A stretch of DNA of 64,000 nt, from NCBI RefSeq assembly GCF_009914755.1, contig NC_060926.1. One strand, 5' to 3'. The position numbers and the translations under genes were made by a program. Numbering within the stretch: the stretch's first letter is position 1; each line of letters begins with the position of its first letter. Below, piece by piece: positions 1 to 16,076 of the stretch. The notes beneath the pieces were generated by a model. That model made no database searches. It was not told where the DNA came from and saw only the letters and a list, made by a program, of their open reading frames with translations. Source of the DNA: the human T2T-CHM13v2.0 reference genome, Homo sapiens.

Positions 1-156
1 AGATGAAGGGAGTGAGATGGTGGCACACTTCCCAAGCTGCAGAGCTGGACCATGATGAATCTGAGCTACAGCATGGCGAGGTCAAGGGGAACAGGCCTGG
101 GATGCATGGGCAGAACTGTAGGCTTTTGGGAGTTTTGTTAGAAACAAGGAGGATGA

Positions 157-551
<395 letters not shown>

Positions 552-793
552 ATTCCCAGGAAACTGGAACTCACGCTGGCCAAGTGCCCAACAACATTGC
601 ACCTTTTAGAGGACTAAACCAGATATCTCCCCTGACTTCCTCAGATCTTCCACACTTACTCCTTGGATGATGGAAATTCCTTTAATAGTGGAGAAAACCA
701 TTCACTTCACAATTTAAAAAGAAAAAAAAAAGAAAATACAAATAGCTTGGGAAAAGTTTACTGTGAATGCTTTGGTGTCAAATGATAATATCA

Positions 794-1158
<365 letters not shown>

Positions 1159-1160
1159 TG

Positions 1161-1478
<318 letters not shown>

Positions 1479-1959
1479 TCAGGTCTTTTCCCACTGTGAT
1501 GATTAGAGATGGTTAGAGTGGAAGGTGCAGGGCTCCTGAAAGAAAACTAGGGTGTGAGGGTTACCACTGAAAGGGGTCACGGAAAGCAAACCTCAATCGG
1601 GGAAGATAAACTGCTGGACACAATCATGCTGGCTATTATCAGTTCATTTATTCTTAGGCTGCTCACAGGTGTGTTTTGTGACCTGTCTATACAAGCAGAT
1701 GCATACTGGTAGGAACTAGAAGAGAATTTTAGTCCAATCCACTCTTCTTACAGATGAGAAAACAGGCACTGAGATGTTAAGCGTCGTTTTCGTCAGCTAA
1801 CAAGTTAGTGACAGAGCAGGAATTGCAACAGTGAGGTTTCCTGACCCCAGTAGAGCTTAACAACAGAGAGATACGAACCATTTTTACCTTTGTGTTAGAT
1901 TTTCTCTCCCTCCCAGGTAGGAGGCTCTCATCTCCAGAAGTGGAGAGCAGAAATAGCAG

Positions 1960-4130
1960 AAAAGCAAAAATAGGATTTGCGAGTTAAGAGTTATGGAACT
2001 CCACAGATGATTAAAGGTCCAGCAAGCCATTTCTGTCATACTAAGATCAAGGCCATGGTTACATAGACCTGGGGCCTAGAAGCATGGATGAGGACCTCTG
2101 GATGGATGACTCTGAGGAAGTGGCTCTGCACACTTCCCTGAAGCCTTAGTGCTAGCAGAAGTTTAATTCCTCCCTATTAAGTGTCAGCACTCCTCCCATG
2201 CAAGATGATATTGCAAAGGCCTCTCCCTGCTAGAAATCAGGCAAACCCTTGAGGAGTTGTCCCGCCTCTCCTTCTGGTGATCAGGGCAATACCTGGAGGT
2301 TAAATCCTAGCTTAACCCAGCTGGGGGCTTGCTGGGCCTAATAAAGCAGGAAAGAGAATATACCCAAAGAGGCTATAAAAATTAGCTATCATGTACCACC
2401 AGGAGGTAGGGCAGAACCTCTGCAATTGTACATTGAGGATGTGGGCCAGAAAGTAAGGGCAGGTAACTTAGAATGCATTGACATGGGTGTGCTTTTTCAG
2501 AACATGGGATTAAATAAGGACTCACGGGATGAGCAACTCACTGCTAGGGTTGCTCTGAGAATCTAGAGATGGCCTACTTTAAGCAAAGTCGAAATGTCTG
2601 GTTGTCCTGGCAGAGGATAGAGGAAAAAATAAAGAGGTGGAGGGAGGTGGATATACAGGAATGGACATTAATTGAGACTGGAAGATCCACCAGTGTATCA
2701 AGTTCCCCAGGCAGGCCCAGAAGACAGCATGCACCATGGCCACTAAGAAGGTGCTGGGGACCAATATCATTAAGAAGGTCAGGGGTGTTTCCCATCTGTT
2801 GGCAGGAGGAGCAGTCACAGTCTTGGCTCATGAGCAGCCATGGGGATCAGGGATCACCAAAACAACAGAGGCCATGTGCTGTGCTTAATCTCCAGGAGCC
2901 AGGGGGCTGTGAGTATCATGACAAATGACAAGACTGGTGGGGAAGCCAAGAGGGACCGACTCTCAGGGAGTTGTAGAGCTGGTTAATGATGACTGGAACT
3001 CCTAGGGACAAAACAGAGAGCAACCAACAATGGTGGTACATCATATTAACAAAGAAGGCAAGAATGGGCAACTGGAAGATGGGGATGTTCATTCCAATGA
3101 ATAGTCATGGTTCCTTTGTCTGTTCCTGGACCTGAGTCACAATTCAGATCTGGTACACATTGACTGAAGAGGTGATGGGGTCCCTAAAGGAAAGCCCCCA
3201 CTGCAACAATGCAGTAGATACATACTGTAATGAGTCTATCAATTCTTCTCCAAAGGGCCCTATAGCCATTTACTCAGGCTACTGTACACTGAGAAGAAGG
3301 GCATATAGTTCAAGGACTGTTGCACACAGAATCTGAGTTGACATTGATATCCAGAAATGAAAAGCATCACCATGTCTGCCCTGATAGAGTGGGGACTTAC
3401 AGGGATTAAAGGTGGAGTCCTGACTAAAGTTCTGTTAACAGTAGATCCACTGGGTTCAAAGATCCCCCCAATAGTCATGTAACTGGTCCCAAATGTATAA
3501 TTTGTATTAATAAAACTGGCATTTGGAGTAAGCTTGCACGGGTGCTTGGTCTGTGGAGGTATCCTAGTGGGGGAGGCCAGGTGGGAGCTTCTGACACTGC
3601 TTCTTCCCCACCAAAAGAGTAAATCAAAATAATATAACTGTACACCACCAACCCCACCTCATGCAGCATTGTTATGATTTACCCTCCACGTGGGGCAGGG
3701 GCAATGCCAGAGGTCTTCCCTTGGCCTTACCCACAATGGGGGCTCAGAGAAATGTGTGTGGAACTCAGGTGATCTACCTGGCTGCTTCTTGGTCTTCCTC
3801 ACTCCATTGTAACTGTGAATGGCCATAGGTACCAACTCTGGTGTGAGTAGAGTATGATGACCAGAGGCTGAGACCACTCTAGAATGAGGGTTTGGGTCAT
3901 ATCACCAGGTGAGTCACCAAGACCTTCGGAGCTGCTAGTTAGAGTGAGAGGGATCTAGAATGGAGAGTTGGGATGGGAGATGATGAGTAATACATAGGCT
4001 CCTGAAAAGCCATGGAAGGGGCTGTAATTAATTCCATCAGGGTCCCTCTTCTAAGCTTCCTTTCAGGAGGGGAGGCCCATGGGAACTGCAGGGAAGCAGA
4101 TTCATGAACTTGTACAATATGTCATGCAAA
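1960..4130 (+). mobile_element. Degraded ERVL-class internal region (gag-pro and 3' pol remnants)
   Basis: Frame-broken peptides LAIMYHQEVG, ECIDMGVL, RWPTLSKVEM and WQRIEEKIKRWREVDIQEW (ERVL gag-like); VQGLLHTESELTLI (~3308-3350) resembles the protease LLDTGSELTLI motif; boundaries approximate. Confidence 0.7.
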
Positions 4131-4137
4131 CTTGGAC

Positions 4138-4550
4138 TGTGGCAGCCAGGAATGCACATCGCTCAAATGTTCCTTCAAGACAGAATCTAGTGGGAAGAAT
4201 ATAAAGAGTTGCTGTATCTTGCAATATGCTCCAGCATTCATGCCAAGGCTACCCTCCCCCCAGGCTGCTCCCAGTCAACGACTTAGCTTGCAAAGGTCCT
4301 GGAGGCCGATGGCCTTCCCAGTGCAGGGTTCCTCTAATGACAACTCTTTGCTCTCAGACTTCCCATCAGCCCAGCTAAAACCTTGTCACTGTGAGACTCT
4401 TCCTAGCCAATCCTCCTTCCTTCCCCCTTTTCATTTACAGGTATCAGACTTTCCCATTTCTTTTTCCTGTTCCTTTTATCCTTTATAGTTATTTCCCTCC
4501 AATACATCTTTTGCACTTCCAATATTGTCTTGGCATCTGCTTCTGAAGGG
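4138..4550 (+). mobile_element. Probable ERVL LTR (LTR16-like), 3' LTR of the preceding relic
   Basis: Starts TGTGGCAGCC directly after the internal relic; pyrimidine-rich U5-like end; family name is inferred. Confidence 0.55.
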
Positions 4551-4720
4551 CCTGTGCCGGTTGGTGTACACAATCATTTCTTCTACTTATAAAGTAATTA
4601 TTGTAAACTGCTAAGGTTTATAAAGCAAATAAAAATGGAACTCATGACAGCATAATCATTAGTGTAATTGTTGGATAATATTGTAAAAATATTATAATAT
4701 TATATTACTTATGTTCTTAC

Positions 4721-4792
4721 CTGGATTTTATTTGTGTCAATCAAGTGCTGTGCCATCGATTTTAGGATAATTGCAAAGAAGAACCAGGAATG
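4721..4792 (-). CDS. DOCK10: DOCK10 exon (~27), 72 nt: HSWFFFAIILKSMAQHLIDTNKIQ
   Basis: cccaacag acceptor, GTAAGA donor; DOCK-family SWFFF...KSMAQ motif. Confidence 0.95.
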
Positions 4793-5093
4793 CTGTTGGG
4801 AAAAAAAAGGCAACGAGACATTTATTATCCTATGGCAAAATAATGATAATTTTTTCTTTGCAATATGTAATACTATAACATTGTTATGTTAAAATGTATT
4901 CTTTGAAACTAAATGAATTAGAGCAGTAAAATATTCTCTATTATAGTGGGATGATTTTTATCTCAATCCTCTCAAAAAATGTTTAAACTAAAACAAGTTA
5001 CAAGTTTATTTGGCATGACTGACTAAGCAGTTGTTTTACAAAATATTTATTCAAGGGATGTTCTAGTTGTTTCACCTAGTTAAACAAAACTAA

Positions 5094-5412
<319 letters not shown>

Positions 5413-7527
5413 CCTAAACAAACTTTTTATTGTACCAAGCTCACCCCTCAAATTTCAAAGGTTAGAGGTAAGGGTGAAAATGGAAGGTCATATGTCTAGA
5501 TATCTAGAAGTTGGAAGTCAAGCTGAAAATGTGTTAAATAAAATATGTTTGATCCTCCTACCTCGAGAAACAAAACTTCATAACACCTTGGAATGCTGCC
5601 CCAGGGTGTGAGGTCCTGGGGGGCACAGGGCCTGGCCTGCCCCTTTTCTTCTCGCCCAAGGCTCCGTCCTGCCCCTTGAGGGGCCTGGTGCGCATGTGTT
5701 AAATACTTTAAAAAACAAAGCTTCAAAACTTATGTCACCTAAATAACTCAATCTCAAAATTATCTGCTCATGCCAGATTTTGTCATGAAATAAATGCAGG
5801 CCCAATGATAAGAGCAGTACACACCTGTTCCTACTTAGGGCTTTGCAGAGGTAGGGCCTTGTATGCCTGAGCTCTTTTGGAAACTGTCCAGCCTGCACAT
5901 CTGAGTGCTGTCCACAACCTGGCCCTCCTCCCTGCCGCAAATAGCTCCTTAATGGGGTCTAGGGTTGCACTCAGGCATCAAGACCTGTCCTCTGGAGGTC
6001 CTGGAGGGCTTGGGACAGAGATTGAAGCAGGCCTGGAAATCCACCTATAGGACCTTGAGCAAGAGGGTCTTGGGGTTCCTTACAGGTCTAGAAGGGGAGG
6101 TAGGGGCTCCTGGTGGGCTTGTTCTCTTAGCTCCTCTTAAACCTTGGCCTGTGAGGACAGGTGCAGTATGAGAAGAACAAAGCTCATCCCAGGATGGGCA
6201 CCCTTCTTTCTTGGGCCTAAGGGTGACACTTATCTCAGCTACAAAAAGTCATATTGTATATGTATAGTTTCAAGAACGCACCCCTTGCATCCTCTCTGCT
6301 TCCTACTCCTTCCACCACAGATAACAGTTTTAAATTTTGTGCTAATCATTCCTTTGCTTTACTTCACAATTTTGCTACGAATACTTATACAATGAAGGGA
6401 TATTTAGTTCATCTGGCCACTGAACTTCATAAGAATGGAACTATCCTCTATGTATTCTTCTGAGATTGCCTTTTTCATTCAACAAATTCTGTTCTGTGGT
6501 TCGTTTATGTTGAAGCACGTAGCTGGGGGGATCACATATGGTCACCACATGACATATATAATCACCATGTACTTATCTGCTCTACTGTCAATGGGCATTT
6601 GGATTATATCCTGTTTTAAGTCATACAAACAATGCTGCGATAAACTTTTGACAAGACAGTCCTAATTCCAGAAGACTGACTCAGATAAAAAAGAGAAGGG
6701 ATTGATATTCTACAAAGGCAGCTATGGCTTAATGAAGTGGTCACTTCTTAGTAAGAAGAAATGGAAATGGCTACCAATACTATTCTAGCACTCCAATAGC
6801 ATTCTAATGGCTATTAGAAGTGAAACATGTTGTTAGGAATATGAATGAATCCCAGGCACACTGCTGCAATCCTCTTTCCCTAATCTTGTCCAAAATATTT
6901 TGAGCCATCGTGTCAAGTGTTCCAACATTTGTCTCTTAATTCAACAGACTCCTACCCCTCTCCATCCCTTAGCACTCTGGCCTGCCTCCACTATTTTCCT
7001 TGAAACCACCAGCACTAATGAAATTGAGCTTTTGCCTGTTCACGTCTGATGACAGATGAAGCCTCAACTCCTCTACTGCCCTCTCCACATATTCCCTTAT
7101 ATATCTGCACATTCCACTGCTTCCAATCTCCTGAAACCCACCCACCCCACCTTCCAGAGCACATGGTCCATCGTTAGCACAATCTCTTGAAGATGCAATT
7201 CTTCTCCGAGCATTCCCTTCACTCCATATTTTAACTGAGCAGTGACTCTCCCCAGAGGATCCTGCTTCTCTGATAGCCCCTCAAGTGGTTGTGGTCTCCA
7301 TTTTTATCCCACTGTAGTCGATTCTCAACACAGCAGTCAGAGGGATCCTTTTAAACCAAGGTCAGCTTGGTTTAAAACATTACTCCTCTGTGCAAAACCC
7401 TCCAACGACACAACTCCCAGTTCTGCTCTGAGTGGGAACGCCTGGCCTATGCTAACTCCCAAGCCTCCAGTGGCTTCCATGACTTCATCGTCCATCTTTT
7501 TTTTTTCTTTCTGCTCACTTGGCTCCA

Positions 7528-7575
7528 GCCACAGTGTCCTCCCTGTCTCCTGCCACAGTGTCCTCCCTGTCTCCT
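7528..7575. repeat. Perfect 24-bp tandem duplication GCCACAGTGTCCTCCCTGTCTCCT x2, in an L2-like relic
   Basis: Read directly. Confidence 0.9.
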
Positions 7576-7797
7576 GCAGACACACCAGCCATGCTGCTGC
7601 CTGATGACTTCACACAGGTCTTTCCCTCTGAGCATCCCCATGGCCAGCACCCTCTTCGCCTTCAAATTTTTTTTTTTTTTGCTCAAGAATTACCTCCTCC
7701 ATCAGATATCCTGACCATTCTATTTAAAACTTCAAATCTCCCCTGCACCTTCAGCACTCACAATGCCCAATTCTTACCTGTTCTACAATTTTTCTAA

Positions 7798-8132
<335 letters not shown>

Positions 8133-8329
8133 ACTCTACTTTTTTCTATGTTGTCTCGATATAGATCTCTTTTGCTTAGTATCTTTATATGCTAAGTTTC
8201 AATATGAACCTTATGCTGGAAACTGCAAGAGAAAAAGTCTATGAAAATCCATGACTCCTATCATTTTCCAGGAGTAAGCGTGACCCATGCCTAGTACTCA
8301 CAGTTAAAGGACCATCTTTAAATTCTTAC

Positions 8330-8443
8330 CTTTAGGACATGCTTTACTGTTGTTGAGTCATTTGATTTCAAAAGACCAGTCACATTTTTAGCCAGTTCCT
8401 CATGTACAGTCCTCTCCTTGCATGCCCTGGTCTTGAACACGAA
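8330..8443 (-). CDS. DOCK10: DOCK10 exon (~26), 114 nt: FVFKTRACKERTVHEELAKNVTGLLKSNDSTTVKHVLK
   Basis: ttcttcag acceptor, GTAAGA donor. Confidence 0.95.
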
Positions 8444-10609
8444 CTGAAGAAAATCCAAAAAGTGAATAAAGTTAAATACTTTGAAAAATGAAGCTTCAAA
8501 AACTATGTCATGTGAATAACTTATGTCTCTAAATTATCTGCTCATGCCAGATTTTGCCATGAGATAAATGCAGGCCCAATGATAAGAGCAGTACACACCT
8601 GTTCCTATTTAGGGCTTTGCAGAAGTAGGGCCTTGCTCACCTAAGCTCTCCTTGAAACTCTTTGTAGAAATCAAGAGAAAGAGCCAGAGAGCCATTTAGC
8701 ACGTTCAAGGAAACATGGAGGGCTTTGACCCACCTACTTAGGACACATTCCCCTTCTCCTTCCTCCACTGGTAACAGGTGGCATGGTAGCAATTCTTCAT
8801 CCTGAAAGGGTAGAGCACCCACTCAAATAGCCAAGTGGGGAAGCCAGTGCCTTCCAGATGCCAGTACGTGAGCTCCCCACAAGCCCAGGGTCTATGATCC
8901 CATGCTTAGACACACTATCAAGGCGTTCATGAACATTGGCCATCAGTAAGATAACAAATGCTGCATACTTATTTTTTTTCCTCAAAAAATTGGTTTTGGC
9001 ATGCACCACTGAGGGCACATAATGGCTAGTTTTCAGTATTTCTTCATCTCTTAAGAATATCAGTATCAATTTATGCACATACATAAAGTTCAAATATAAA
9101 ATGCTTATTACTGAATTATAATATTTCACTTATGAATTGGGTTTGCCTCGTGGAAGGACATTTCTTCATAATTTTCACAATTCGGATTTCACCGTAATTG
9201 AGAGTGAAGGCAGGAAAGAGAAGGAATGGCTTAATGTAGAGGCACATTAGCTTTTGGATCTGTAACTGTTTCTTTAAACTTTGTAGCACATTGGCACCTA
9301 ACTTGTCATGGTGGGATTTGACTTCTCCAAGCTCATCTCAAAGGAGAAAGATGAAGTTAATGGATGCATGAAACTAGATAAAATCAAGAGTAATACAATT
9401 TTTCCCTCTCATGGGTTATACCTCAGATGTGAGTAACGTCATCATCAATGAGCTCATGCCATGCACAGTTATTTAGCCTGAAGGGCATTTAAACTGGCAC
9501 TGAAATATTCTTATTTTAAAATTTTGACTGTAACCCATCAGTGCTACAAATCACTGTTAACCATGGCATTTAATTAGACTGGCTTTAGACACGCATCTTT
9601 GAAAAAGACACGGTGTATGTGTGCATTTTGCATATTGTAGACGAAGTGAGTTAGCAGCATTTAGCACCACTGAACTTGAAATGGTGTTTAGATAACTTCT
9701 AAATAAATACAAATTGTATTGAATATCACATCTTTGGAGGACATTCAAGCACGCACTGTAACAAGAGTCCAATCACAGGATGATAGAACTGAATGTTCCT
9801 TTGGTCATTTCATCTCATGTCACAGGAGAAAACTGAGGTTCAGAGAGGCTGACTGCTTAAGTCTAGAATTGACTAGAATCTAGTCTCTTACTTGCCAGCT
9901 TAGTGTTCTTTCCCGAGTAAAATGCGAGTTGATTACATTTATTAGGAGGTATTTGTTTTAGATATGTTAAAATTTATTATAAAATTGTTATCAGCCTAAA
10001 ATTCCACATAGGTGTATTTTTGGATTTGAATCACTTAAAGCAAGCTAAGTAGATAATCTCCTGTATTATAAAGTGAGATGGTCTTGTTGGGTATTTCAGA
10101 TACCCTGGTTAAAAATAAAGGTCACGCCAGGATGCATTTCTAATGCATCTCTCCAGGAGCGTCACCGGTAGAAAGTCTGAGATTTGAGGTATTCACAAAG
10201 AGCTAGCCTTGGTAATCACAAAAATAGTCACAACACCGGAGGGTTCTTAATGTAATTTTCAATGATCCCACTGACATGAGGAAAATAATATGTGTTGAAA
10301 TGGAGATGCCTGTGTGTAAGATGGATCAGTAACTTTTTTTCTCTTTCTCAGTCCCTTTAAGGATTGAAATGAAACATTCGGGTAATGAAGCATTGAGAGG
10401 GTGAAAGTTCTCCAGGTGATTCTGTTGAATGGTAAATTCATCGATACTCTATAAAACTAAGCTATGACCCTATCTTAGGGAGCAAACTAAAAAGGCTTGT
10501 GTAGGTGGAACTGGCTTTTTGCAGTTGAGATGTGGATCTTATTGGGTAAAATTATACAATAGAGAAATTATTGTGAAATAACTATTTTTGGCATATAGCC
10601 TATGTTTAA

Positions 10610-11078
<469 letters not shown>

Positions 11079-11941
11079 GATTTTTTTTTTAACAAGTTTC
11101 TAGACATCTTGAATATATGAGTATCTGTCTGTGCATACATATTAAGAGAATACAGTTTTTTGATGAAAAAGCTATGTCTCAAAAAGATTTAATCTATGCA
11201 TAGGAAAAAAAATAAGAGATTTAGGTCCTCTATGTATTATAAAGTAATTTAAGATACTCTTCTGTATTTCTGGATGGGTTCTTTCTTTTCATTCAAGAGG
11301 ATGACATTTAGGTGGGAACTATGAAAGTGCAAACATCATCACAAGTTCACTGGCATTAATCCACAGGCCAACTGGAAATGAGAATAGAAGCGTCTCTGAG
11401 TGAACACTTGACGTAGGACACTGGAAGAAGCAGTGCACACTGATGGAATGGGCAAGTGGTTCATGCCAGAAGATAAAGGACTTAACATACCAGAAGCAGG
11501 TACAAATATACAGTAACTGGGAAAATGAAATAATGCCTGAGGAAACAATAGAAAGAGCTAAGAAAGCATTACAGAGGAAACACAGAGCATTCAACAAACC
11601 AACAGGAAAGTCTTCCTTAAATTAACACAGGAATCTCATGTACTTGTAATGTTGACTTCAAAAGGACAGCACTTTAGTTTTCTCCTCTATCTTTTTCTTT
11701 CCTCTCTCTCCCCATTTAATTATTTATGTGCACAGGTACACATTATTTATACATTTAAAAATTCACCTAGCCCATTAATGCAAAGAGATGGAATTCTAAG
11801 TAGCTAAGGCAAATTCCTGATATTACTGTGGTGGGCGCCACTCAGTTAAAGGGAGAAAACTTCCCACTTACTGCAGACAGGAAATGAGACAAGTCACACA
11901 GCACAAGGGGATATGAGCAATTTCCAAGAGGCATTTCATAC

Positions 11942-12011
11942 CTTAATATATGACTGGACAGAATGATCCAGCTGCTCCTCATGGCACTTGGCCACAATGT
12001 CGGTCAGAACC
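11942..12011 (-). CDS. DOCK10: DOCK10 exon (~25), 70 nt: VLTDIVAKCHEEQLDHSVQSYIK
   Basis: cttttgcag acceptor, GTATGA donor, phase 2 to 0. Confidence 0.95.
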
Positions 12012-13211
12012 CTGCAAAAGCAAAGCTGTTCAGTGGCCTTTCTGGAGAGGGCAGAAAAACCCCGCTTTAGTTTGTCATTACAGTGCTTTGTAAATTGGGT
12101 ATTTAATAATTACTGGGTGAATGAATGAACCAATCTCTGACTCCTTCCTTGCCCTCCTCAGCCCCATATCCAATACTGGGCATTTAATATCTATAGCATC
12201 AATGAGCCATTTCCATCGATTAGCCATTTCCAACTTTGAAACTTTGAAACACAAAGATGTAAGTAGTGTTGTAATATCACAATGGAGACTTTTTGTCCAA
12301 GTTGAATGTGCTAATTATGGTCTGTGCGTTTTTGACATTATCTTTTTGCAAAAGGGATTATTTTTAGTGCCTAATTAAAATTTTAGACTTTTAATTTCAA
12401 ATTAATAATCATATTTCATTTGAAGAGGGCTTGCCTTCCAACCTATAGGCACTATATATGCTTTTGGAAAAAGTAATTAGGTTAAGATGCAGTTGTTTTG
12501 TTTTGCTTTGTTTTTCCCTTAGCTGGGTTGGGGTTTCTAGCAGCAATGATGTACAGGTGGATCTTTTTTCACATTAACACTACCAGCTGCTCCATGGCTA
12601 TAGTGCTTAGGAATATCTCAGAATTTCAACAGATCTATCAGCTGCAATATCTAGGAGTCTTGCCAACACAGAGACACATTCACATGCTGAAAAGAGCATG
12701 AGTTGAAGGCACAGCTGGGGACTTTTGATGCAGGTCCAGAACTGGATGGTTGTGAAGCCATTAGAGATATTTAAATTGTCCAGAATTTCAGGCTCTGCTT
12801 TAAAAACTAGGCTACAAACCCTCATTCAGAAAGAGGTCAGTAATATGCCTGTGAGTTAGAAAGATACTGGAAACATTTCAATGCCAAAAGTAACATTTTT
12901 TTCCAGAATGCTATGACTAAATTTTTTAAAAAAATGAACAGCACAAATATATAATTTAATAATTAATTCAAAGCACTATCTCTATAAAGAAGAAATTGTG
13001 ATTTGTGAAGGCATTGGCCAGATTAGAGATGTTGGAAGAATTCAGTATAGCCAAATTTAAAGTGAGAACAGTTAAAGCATTTAATACTTAAAAAAAAGGT
13101 TCTTGTGGGAATGCAAAATTATACAGCCACTCTGGAGAATAGGCACTTTCTTAAATATCAAACATGCAACCACCCTGCCCCCCAGCAATTACACTTTGGG
13201 CATTTACTTAA

Positions 13212-13586
<375 letters not shown>

Positions 13587-14133
13587 GTTCATAGCACTTT
13601 TATTCATAACAGCCCTAAACTAGAGACACTCCAAATGTCCTTCAACAGGTGAATAATTAAACATATGTGGTGCATCCACATCGTGGAATACTACTCTGCA
13701 ATGAAAAGGAGTGAACTACTGATAGATGCAATGATCTGGATGAATCTCCAGAGAATTATGTTACATGAAAAAGCCAATTACAAACATTTACCTACTGTAT
13801 GATTCTACACCTGTATGGAAGATGTTGCCAGTGGGGAAAACCAGGTAAAGGGCACATGGGAAACTCTGAATTATGTTTTACAATTGCACATGAATCTACC
13901 GTGATCTCAAAAGAAAAAGTTTAATTTAAAAATCAAAGAAAAAGAGGTCTAACACTTTACTACTAATAATAAGAGATTAGAAGGTAAGGAGTCAAGAGTG
14001 GAAAATGCTTAAATTTGAGATGTGTTCAAATGAAATGTAAACACACAACAGTAGATGACTGTTTAGTTATAATTAAGAGTTTATGTAACTACACATTATA
14101 AAGTCTCTCCTCTTAAGGTTGTGTTATGGATAC

Positions 14134-14252
14134 CTGGTGACAGTTGTAGTTATTTCATCTTCCTCATTCTGTACCAGAACTTTGAAGAGCTGATTCAAAA
14201 TTATAGGCAGAAAACTCATGATTGCATGAATCTTTTCCACATTCAATAAGTT
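14134..14252 (-). CDS. DOCK10: DOCK10 exon (~24), 119 nt: NLLNVEKIHAIMSFLPIILNQLFKVLVQNEEDEITTTVT(R)
   Basis: actacag acceptor, GTATCC donor, phase 0 to 2. Confidence 0.95.
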
Positions 14253-14304
14253 CTGTAGTAAATTGGCAGAAAAAAAGGATACCAATTAAATTTGAAGCAT
14301 GTCC

Positions 14305-15590
14305 TACATTCAAGACCTGAAACTATAAATCTATGAGAAGAAAACATAAGGAGAAAAACTTCGTGACATTAGACTGGGCAATGATTTTTTGGATATGACC
14401 CTCAAAGCTCAGGCAGCAAAGTGAAAACAGACAAATGGCATATCAAACTAAAAGGTTTCAGCACAGCCAAGGAAACACTCAATGGAGTAAAGAGACAACT
14501 TTACTCCATTGAATGGAGGAAAATATTTGCAAACCATACATCTTAGAAAGGGTTAATATCCAAAATATATAAGGAACTCAAACAACTCAATAGTAAGAAA
14601 ACAAATAACCCAATGAAAAAATGGGCAAGGGACCCAAATAGACATTTCTCAAAAGAGGGTGTACAAATGGCCAACAGATATATAAAAAATGTTCAACGTC
14701 ATTAATCATTGGAGAAATGCAAATTAAAACCACAGTGGGACATCACCTCATATCTGTTAAAATGGCTGTTGTCAAAAAAGGTGAAAGATAATAATTATTG
14801 GAGAGGGTGTGGAGGAGAAGGAACACTTGCACATTGCTGGTAAGAATGTAAATCAGAAGAGCCACTATGGAAAACAATATGAAGGTTCCTCAAAAAATTA
14901 AAAATAGCACTACCATATAATCTAGCAATCCCACTACTGGATGTATATCCAAAGGAAATGAGATCAGTATGCTGAAGATGTCTATTCCCATCTTTACTGC
15001 AGCACTATTCACTGCAGCCAAGATACAGAATCAATCCAAGTGTCCATCAACCGATGAAATGGGTAAAGAAAATGTGGTACATAAACATAATGGAATACTA
15101 TACAGCCTTAAAAAGGAAGGAAATTAGGTCATTTGCAACAACATGGAGGAACCCGGAGTATATTATGCTAAGTGAAATGAGCCAGGCACAGAAAGACAAA
15201 TACCGCATGATCTCATTTATATGTGGGATCTAAAAAAGTTGAATTCATAGAAGTAGAGAGTGGAATGGTGGTTACCAGGGGCTAGGGAGGGGAGTGCTGG
15301 GAGATGTTGATCAAAGGATACAAAATTTCAGCTAGATAGATAGGAGGAATATTGCACAACATGGTCACTATAGTTAATAAAAATGTGTTATATTCTTAAA
15401 AATCTCTAAGAGAGTGGATATTAAGTGTTATAACCTTAAAAATTATAAGTATGTGATATAATAAATACAGTAATTAACTCAATGAAGCTGTTACATAATG
15501 TATACATATTTCCAAACATCATACTGTATACAATAAAGGTATATAATTTTTCTTTGTTAATTAAAAAATGAATACGTTAGAAAAAAATAA
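14305..15590 (+). mobile_element. L1 3' end (ORF2 tail and 3'UTR, L1MA-like), ~50 bp from an exon acceptor
   Basis: Typical L1 stretches (AGACCTGAAACTATAAA, GAAATGCAAATTAAAACCACA, ATGGAATACTA), A-rich end. Confidence 0.88.
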
Positions 15591-15983
15591 AGTATATTCT
15601 GCTGGTATTTTTTTCAGAACTTGAGTATGAACACTGTAGCCCACCTTTATCTGGCTTTATTCTTTATTGCAATTAGTATGGAATATAGGCATGATGGTAA
15701 TGTTGCAAGGACTCGTGATTTAATAATTAATTTAGAATAAATTGATTCTGATTTTCAATTATTTTTATTTTGGAAAAAACTGATTTTTGCTTGTCTTTTA
15801 AGTCAAGAAACAGAAACTATTCAGAAATTATGAAATAAAATCATTTACTCTCTGAATTGATAAGGTATTAAAAAATCTTGAGTAATAATCATCTCCCAGT
15901 TTGCCCATCGGTGGAAAATGTAAAAGTCTCTTTTGCACATTTTTACCCTGGAGATCACTGAAACTGCTTGCATGTCATGTTAC

Positions 15984-16076
15984 CTTACAAGAGCGGATGA
16001 AATTTGAGGTAGGTGACTGAGACATATCTTTCTCTCTTTTTTGGCACTCTTGGAAAAATGCATTCACATGTGGATC
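15984..16076 (-). CDS. DOCK10: DOCK10 exon (~23), 93 nt: DPHVNAFFQECQKREKDMSQSPTSNFIRSCK
   Basis: gttgtag acceptor, GTAACA donor. Confidence 0.95.

Noticed and set aside
12500-12830. Complex non-repeat-looking segment between exons ~24 and ~25 (ORF 12607..12825) as an alternative exon or pseudogene
   Set aside because: No DOCK-like or other recognisable peptide, and no convincing acceptor/donor pair.
14126-14133. Donor GTATCCAT resembling a U12-type 5' splice site (GTATCCTT)
   Set aside because: It mismatches at +7. The downstream acceptor (12012 onward) has a U2-style pyrimidine tract and CACTGAAC rather than a TCCTTAAC branch site.
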